A stretch of DNA of 58,056 bases from a virus (Duplodnaviria; Caudoviricetes), in the IMG/VR virus record IMGVR_UViG_3300030906_000642, positions 1-58,056 of that record; one strand, given 5' to 3'. Below are positions 54,969-58,056 of the stretch, one piece after another. Under the pieces are notes generated by a model. That model had not been told where the DNA came from and did not search any database. It saw only the letters and a program-made list of their open reading frames with translations. A program made the translations under genes and the position numbers. Every line of letters begins with the position of its first letter. The first letter of the stretch is position 1.

Positions 54969-54983
54969 GCGAACCCGGTTCGC
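54969..54983. repeat. 15-bp palindrome copy 9 (intergenic)
   Basis: GCGAACCCGGTTCGC, exact, in the 30-bp gap after the PLD gene. Confidence 0.9.
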
Positions 54984-54991
54984 TTCCCGCC

Positions 54992-55171
54992 ATGACTGAT
55001 CTCCAGCGCGACCAACTGGTCGCCGCCGTCTTCGCCACCCCGGCCGGCAAGCGGCTGATCGAGGATGTCCAGGCGCGCGGCGCGACCTGCCTCACCCTCG
55101 CCGATATCGCTGCCGCCATCGCCCGCGCTCGGCGGACGTGGTCGACCGCCAATCCGGAAACCCACGAATGA
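54992..55171 (+). CDS. Small hypothetical protein (59 aa, not in the ORF track)
   Basis: MTDLQRDQLVAAVFATPAGKRLIEDV...; ATGA overlap with the desaturase start. Confidence 0.6.
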   Translation: MTDLQRDQLVAAVFATPAGKRLIEDVQARGATCLTLADIAAAIARARRTWSTANPETHE

Positions 55172-55707
55172 TCGCCACCGTCCTGGGCCAGCTGCTGATC
55201 GGCTGGCTGATCACCGATTTTCTGAGCGGCGTCGCCCACTGGTGGGAGGACCGCGTCGGCCGCCGAGACTGGCCGGTGATCGGCCGCATCGTCGTGGTTC
55301 CCAATCGCGAGCATCACCGCGTGCCGCTGGCCTTCCTGCGCGCCCGGCTGTGGAAGCGGAACCGCGCGGTCTGGCTGGTCGCCGGCCTGATCTCGATCAC
55401 GTGGCTGCTCTTGTTGGGGCCGTCCTGGACCTGGGCGTCGGCGACGATCGGCGGCCTGGTGGTGGGCGAGGTCCACGGCCTGGCGCATCGGCCGCCCCGG
55501 CCGGGATCCTGGCCGGGGATTCTGCAGCAGATCGGCCTGATCCAGTCGCCACCCCACCACGCCGGCCATCACCGGGCGCCCTCCGACCGTCGCTACTGCA
55601 TCCTGACCGACTGGCTCAACCCGGTGCTCGACAGGGTTGGCTTCTGGGTCGCCCTCGAGACCGCTCTGACCTGCATCGGCCTTGAACCCAACAGGGGAAC
55701 AGCATGA
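55168..55707 (+). CDS. CarF / TMEM189(PEDS1) / FAD4-family lipid desaturase
   Basis: DFLSGVAHWWED, REHH, VHGLAH, HHAGHH and YCILTDWLNPVLD: the histidine boxes of this family, plus TM helices. Confidence 0.85.
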   Translation: MIATVLGQLLIGWLITDFLSGVAHWWEDRVGRRDWPVIGRIVVVPNREHHRVPLAFLRARLWKRNRAVWLVAGLISITWLLLLGPSWTWASATIGGLVVGEVHGLAHRPPRPGSWPGILQQIGLIQSPPHHAGHHRAPSDRRYCILTDWLNPVLDRVGFWVALETALTCIGLEPNRGTA

Positions 55708-56321
55708 TCCTCAACACCGTCCGCTTCATCATCGGCGTCTTCTGCACGACAGCCCTGTTCTGGGCCGGGATGCTGTTCGAGCACCGGCCGGCCGGTTGGC
55801 CCAACCTCAACGTGCCGCTGCCCTTTGGCGCCCACTGGACATTCCAGCTGCCCGACGGGCCATACGTCAAACTCACCGTCCTGCAAGCCCGGGAGGCGCA
55901 AGCCGGCCGCCAGGTCGTGGCGCTCCAGGCCAGGCAGTTGGCGATCGCCACGAGGGCGAATGCGGCTCAGGCCGCCGTCCAACTCAGAATTCAGACTGTC
56001 ACCAAAACCCTCATCAAGGAGGTTCCCGTCTATGTCGATCGCCAAGCTGTCGCTGCTTGTACTGTCAACACTGGCTTTGTGCGCCTGTACAACGCCGCCG
56101 TCGTCGGCGAGCCCCTCCCAGGCGGGGATGCCAACACCGCCAGCGGCGCTAATGACGCCCCCTCCGGTGTTGGACTCGATACCGTTGCCCGCGTCTCCAT
56201 TACCAACCTCGGAAAAGCCCACTCGGCCATAGAGCAGGTGAGAGGCTGGCAGACCTGGTATCAGTCTGAATATCAGGCGTGGCTCGCCACCCGCGCCAAG
56301 CTCGCCAACCCAGCCAAATAG
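55704..56321 (+). CDS. i-spanin (Rz-like)
   Basis: N-terminal TM and coiled region, TKTLIKEVPVYV..C..GFVRLYNAA; hosts an embedded lipoprotein gene. Confidence 0.8.
   Translation: MILNTVRFIIGVFCTTALFWAGMLFEHRPAGWPNLNVPLPFGAHWTFQLPDGPYVKLTVLQAREAQAGRQVVALQARQLAIATRANAAQAAVQLRIQTVTKTLIKEVPVYVDRQAVAACTVNTGFVRLYNAAVVGEPLPGGDANTASGANDAPSGVGLDTVARVSITNLGKAHSAIEQVRGWQTWYQSEYQAWLATRAKLANPAK
56032..56232 (+). CDS. o-spanin (Rz1-like lipoprotein) embedded in the +1 frame
   Basis: AAGGAGG RBS; MSIAKLSLLVLSTLALCA-C lipobox; Pro-rich mature part. Confidence 0.82.
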   Translation: MSIAKLSLLVLSTLALCACTTPPSSASPSQAGMPTPPAALMTPPPVLDSIPLPASPLPTSEKPTRP

Positions 56322-56358
56322 CCACCGTCCCCGACCCGCGTAGAAGGATCGCCGAACG

Positions 56359-56664
56359 ATGCCCCCCGAATCGACCCTTACGACCCGCCTGCTGGACGCT
56401 GGCGCCCCGGCATGGGCGATCATGATGGCCGAGGAGGTGGGCGGCCTGAAGCAAACCATCGGCGTCCCCAGCGACGACGGCAAGAGCGGCTCCGGCTTGG
56501 TCGGAAAGGTCAACGACATGGGGGCCAAGATGGACGGGCTGATGAGTCTGAAAACCCTCGGCATCGGCGCCCTCGGCGGCATCGCCCTGGTGCTGGCCAT
56601 CGTCGTGTTCGGCCTCAAAGGGACCTTCGCCGCGGTCCTCGGGATATTCGGGGTCAAGGTTTAG
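56359..56664 (+). CDS. Membrane protein, last late gene
   Basis: AAGGA RBS; long C-terminal hydrophobic segment. Confidence 0.65.
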   Translation: MPPESTLTTRLLDAGAPAWAIMMAEEVGGLKQTIGVPSDDGKSGSGLVGKVNDMGAKMDGLMSLKTLGIGALGGIALVLAIVVFGLKGTFAAVLGIFGVKV

Positions 56665-56709
56665 GCCCCTGCCGCCGGCCGCCCGCGACTCGCCATATCG
56701 ACCGGCCCC

Positions 56710-57045
56710 TTAAGCGCCGCGGTCCCCGGAAGGGGCCGCGGCGCTTTTTGCGTTTTCGCAAGCGGCCTTCTCGGCCATCGTCGGCGCCTCATCACCCGGC
56801 GACCCAGGGTGCCATCCGCCGCCCATGCCGATGACGAAGGCCGATACCTGCGCGGACCCGCACTGGGGGCACCGCAACCGAGGCCCCACGACGCCCAGCG
56901 TCCCGTCCGGGGTGAAGCGCTCCACCAGCTGACGCCCGGACCAGGTCCTCTCCGCCTTGCAGTCAAGGCAGGTGAACCGGACGCCATTGCCCACCGCCGC
57001 GATGTGCCCGAATCGCCAGTCGTGATGGGAAGAAACTTGCGTCAC
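56710..57045 (-). CDS. Small zinc-ribbon protein (CxxC...CxxC), probably SOS-regulated
   Basis: FTCLDC...LRCPQCG; GTG start at 57045 directly downstream of a LexA box; the start is inferred. Confidence 0.65.
   Translation of the reverse strand: MTQVSSHHDWRFGHIAAVGNGVRFTCLDCKAERTWSGRQLVERFTPDGTLGVVGPRLRCPQCGSAQVSAFVIGMGGGWHPGSPGDEAPTMAEKAACENAKSAAAPSGDRGA
56712..56749 (+). terminator. Intrinsic terminator ending the late operon
   Basis: aagcgccgcggtcccc-ggaa-ggggccgcggcgcttttt. Confidence 0.85.
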
Positions 57046-57051
57046 GCGGCC

Positions 57052-57066
57052 GTTCTGCGTCCGTTC
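57052..57066. promoter_or_regulatory. Alphaproteobacterial LexA (SOS) box
   Basis: GTTC-tgcgtcc-GTTC = GTTC-N7-GTTC, ending 6 bp from the zinc-ribbon start codon. Confidence 0.65.
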
Positions 57067-57253
57067 ACGGCCGGAGTCCAGGGACGAAAGAGGAACGCCG
57101 CGTCGCTCGCGCGTCGCTCGGAGTTTTCCGGAACAGCTCGGAAAATCCGGAAAAGGACGTAAATTCAATGATGAGAGAGGGTGGTGCGAAGTCGTCCCCG
57201 GAGCGCCAAAAAGGAGCGCCGGTTTGGATAATTAGCCAATAATTTCAGCAACG

Positions 57254-57305
57254 TAAGTTTGGAGGCCTGGCCGAGAATCGAACTCGGGTACACGGATTTG
57301 CAGTC
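57254..57305. repeat. Right attachment site (52-bp direct repeat)
   Basis: Identical to 1207..1258; overlaps the intact tRNA. Confidence 0.97.
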
Positions 57306-57333
57306 CGTTGCGTAACCACTCCGCCACCAGGCC
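57260..57333 (-). tRNA. tRNA-Cys (GCA)
   Basis: GGCCTGGTGGCGGAGTGGTTACGCAACGGACTGCAAATCCGTGTACCCGAGTTCGATTCTCGGCCAGGCCTCCA: 74 nt, cloverleaf, GCA anticodon, encoded CCA. Confidence 0.97.
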
Positions 57334-57483
57334 GCGCCGCATTTCTGGCCTTCCGGCCTCGCGCGAGGGGCGATGGCTAACAGAAGGGCCGCCGGGGAGC
57401 AATCCTATGCGTCCAGGCCAATTGCGCTCTCGTTAAGAGCGGCCCTATAAGCGGATCAATTCCATCCTTAGGGCTCCCGGCCA

Positions 57484-58056
57484 ATGACGTTCGATTTCGC
57501 CGCCGCGCGGCAGACCATGGTCGAGACCCAGGTCCGCGTGAATGACGTGACCGACCTGACCATCCAGACTGCCATGCGGCAGGTTCCGCGCGAGCGGCAC
57601 TGCCCCGAGGGCCGCGCCCACATGGCCTACGCCGACGCCGAGGTGGAATACGCCCCCGGCCGCTGGCTGCTGCGCCCGCGCGACGTGGCCAAGCTGGTGC
57701 AGTCGGTGCGGCCCCGCGCCGGCGAGCGCGCCCTCTGCATCGCCGCCCCCTACCTGGCCGACCTGCTGGACGACATGGGCCTGCTGGTCACCCGCCTGAA
57801 TGACGGCGACCTGACGGCGGCGCCGGCCGGCGCGTTCGACCTGGTGGTCTGCGAAGGCGCGGTGGCCGAGGTTCCGGCCTCCTGGATCGCGGCCCTGGGT
57901 GACGGCGGCCGTCTGGGCGTGATCGTGCGCAAGGGGCCGGTGGGCAAGGTGCGGGTCTATCTGAACACCGCCGCCGACATCGGCTGGCGCGAAGTCTTCG
58001 ACGCCACCCCGCCGATGATGGCCGGGTTCGAACCCGTGGCTGGCTTCGCGTTCTAG
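57484..58056 (+). CDS. pcm: Protein-L-isoaspartate O-methyltransferase family protein (host)
   Basis: ARQTMVETQVR..DVTD, VPRE..AYAD, FDLVVCEGAV..VP, LGDGGRL; the SAM-binding loop looks degenerate. Confidence 0.8.
   Translation: MTFDFAAARQTMVETQVRVNDVTDLTIQTAMRQVPRERHCPEGRAHMAYADAEVEYAPGRWLLRPRDVAKLVQSVRPRAGERALCIAAPYLADLLDDMGLLVTRLNDGDLTAAPAGAFDLVVCEGAVAEVPASWIAALGDGGRLGVIVRKGPVGKVRVYLNTAADIGWREVFDATPPMMAGFEPVAGFAF

Larger units (their letters stand above)
1207..57305. mobile_element. Temperate siphovirus prophage integrated in tRNA-Cys
   Basis: Bounded by a 52-bp direct repeat; contains integrase, repressor, replication, terminase, portal, capsid, tail and lysis genes in lambdoid order with no obvious disruption. 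Confidence 0.97.

Noticed and set aside
8751-54983. Palindrome copies as a CRISPR array or IS/MITE ends
   Set aside because: Copies are kilobases apart with no spacers, cas genes, transposase or evident target duplications.
58023-58036. Host palindrome cgggttcgaacccg, and half-sites such as those near 8168, 15784 and 22540
   Set aside because: Different arrangement or only half matches; not counted as copies of the 15-bp motif.
57484-58056. pcm-like gene as a pseudogene
   Set aside because: The frame is intact from start to stop; a short, degenerate SAM-binding region alone does not show inactivation.

Overview
The window holds an apparently complete temperate siphovirus prophage of about 56.1 kb (1207..57305). 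It is integrated at the 3' half of a tRNA-Cys(GCA) gene in a high-GC alphaproteobacterial chromosome, probably Caulobacteraceae (an inference from gene content and an alphaproteobacterial LexA box). A perfect 52-bp direct repeat bounds it. The host flanks are a nitronate-monooxygenase-family gene on the left and tRNA-Cys plus a pcm-like gene on the right. The layout is lambdoid: integrase/excisionase and a leftward early arm (ASCH, C5 DNA methyltransferase, orphan ParB), an immunity region with 17-bp operators (cI/cro), a rightward early arm (helicase-MTase fusion, primase, P-loop ATPase, iteron-like origin), a Q-position regulator, HNH/terminase, an HK97-type head, a GTA-like tail tip, fibres and a lysis cassette. 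Four features stand out. (1) A 15-bp palindrome, GCGAACC(C/G)GGTTCGC, occurs 9 times across the prophage (8 exact, 1 with one mismatch). It lies mostly inside genes, in all three reading frames, and one copy is inside an orphan wHTH-ParB gene, so it is a candidate KorB/O_B-like or parS-like phage system. (2) Five proteins in the head and tail modules carry Sec signal peptides, and four of them have paired cysteines, suggesting virion fibres that mature in the periplasm. (3) A PLD-family gene and a CarF/TMEM189/FAD4-type lipid desaturase sit between the endolysin and the spanins. (4) An Acb2/Tad1-like anti-defence sponge follows the endolysin. All functional calls come from reading motifs by eye; no database search was run.
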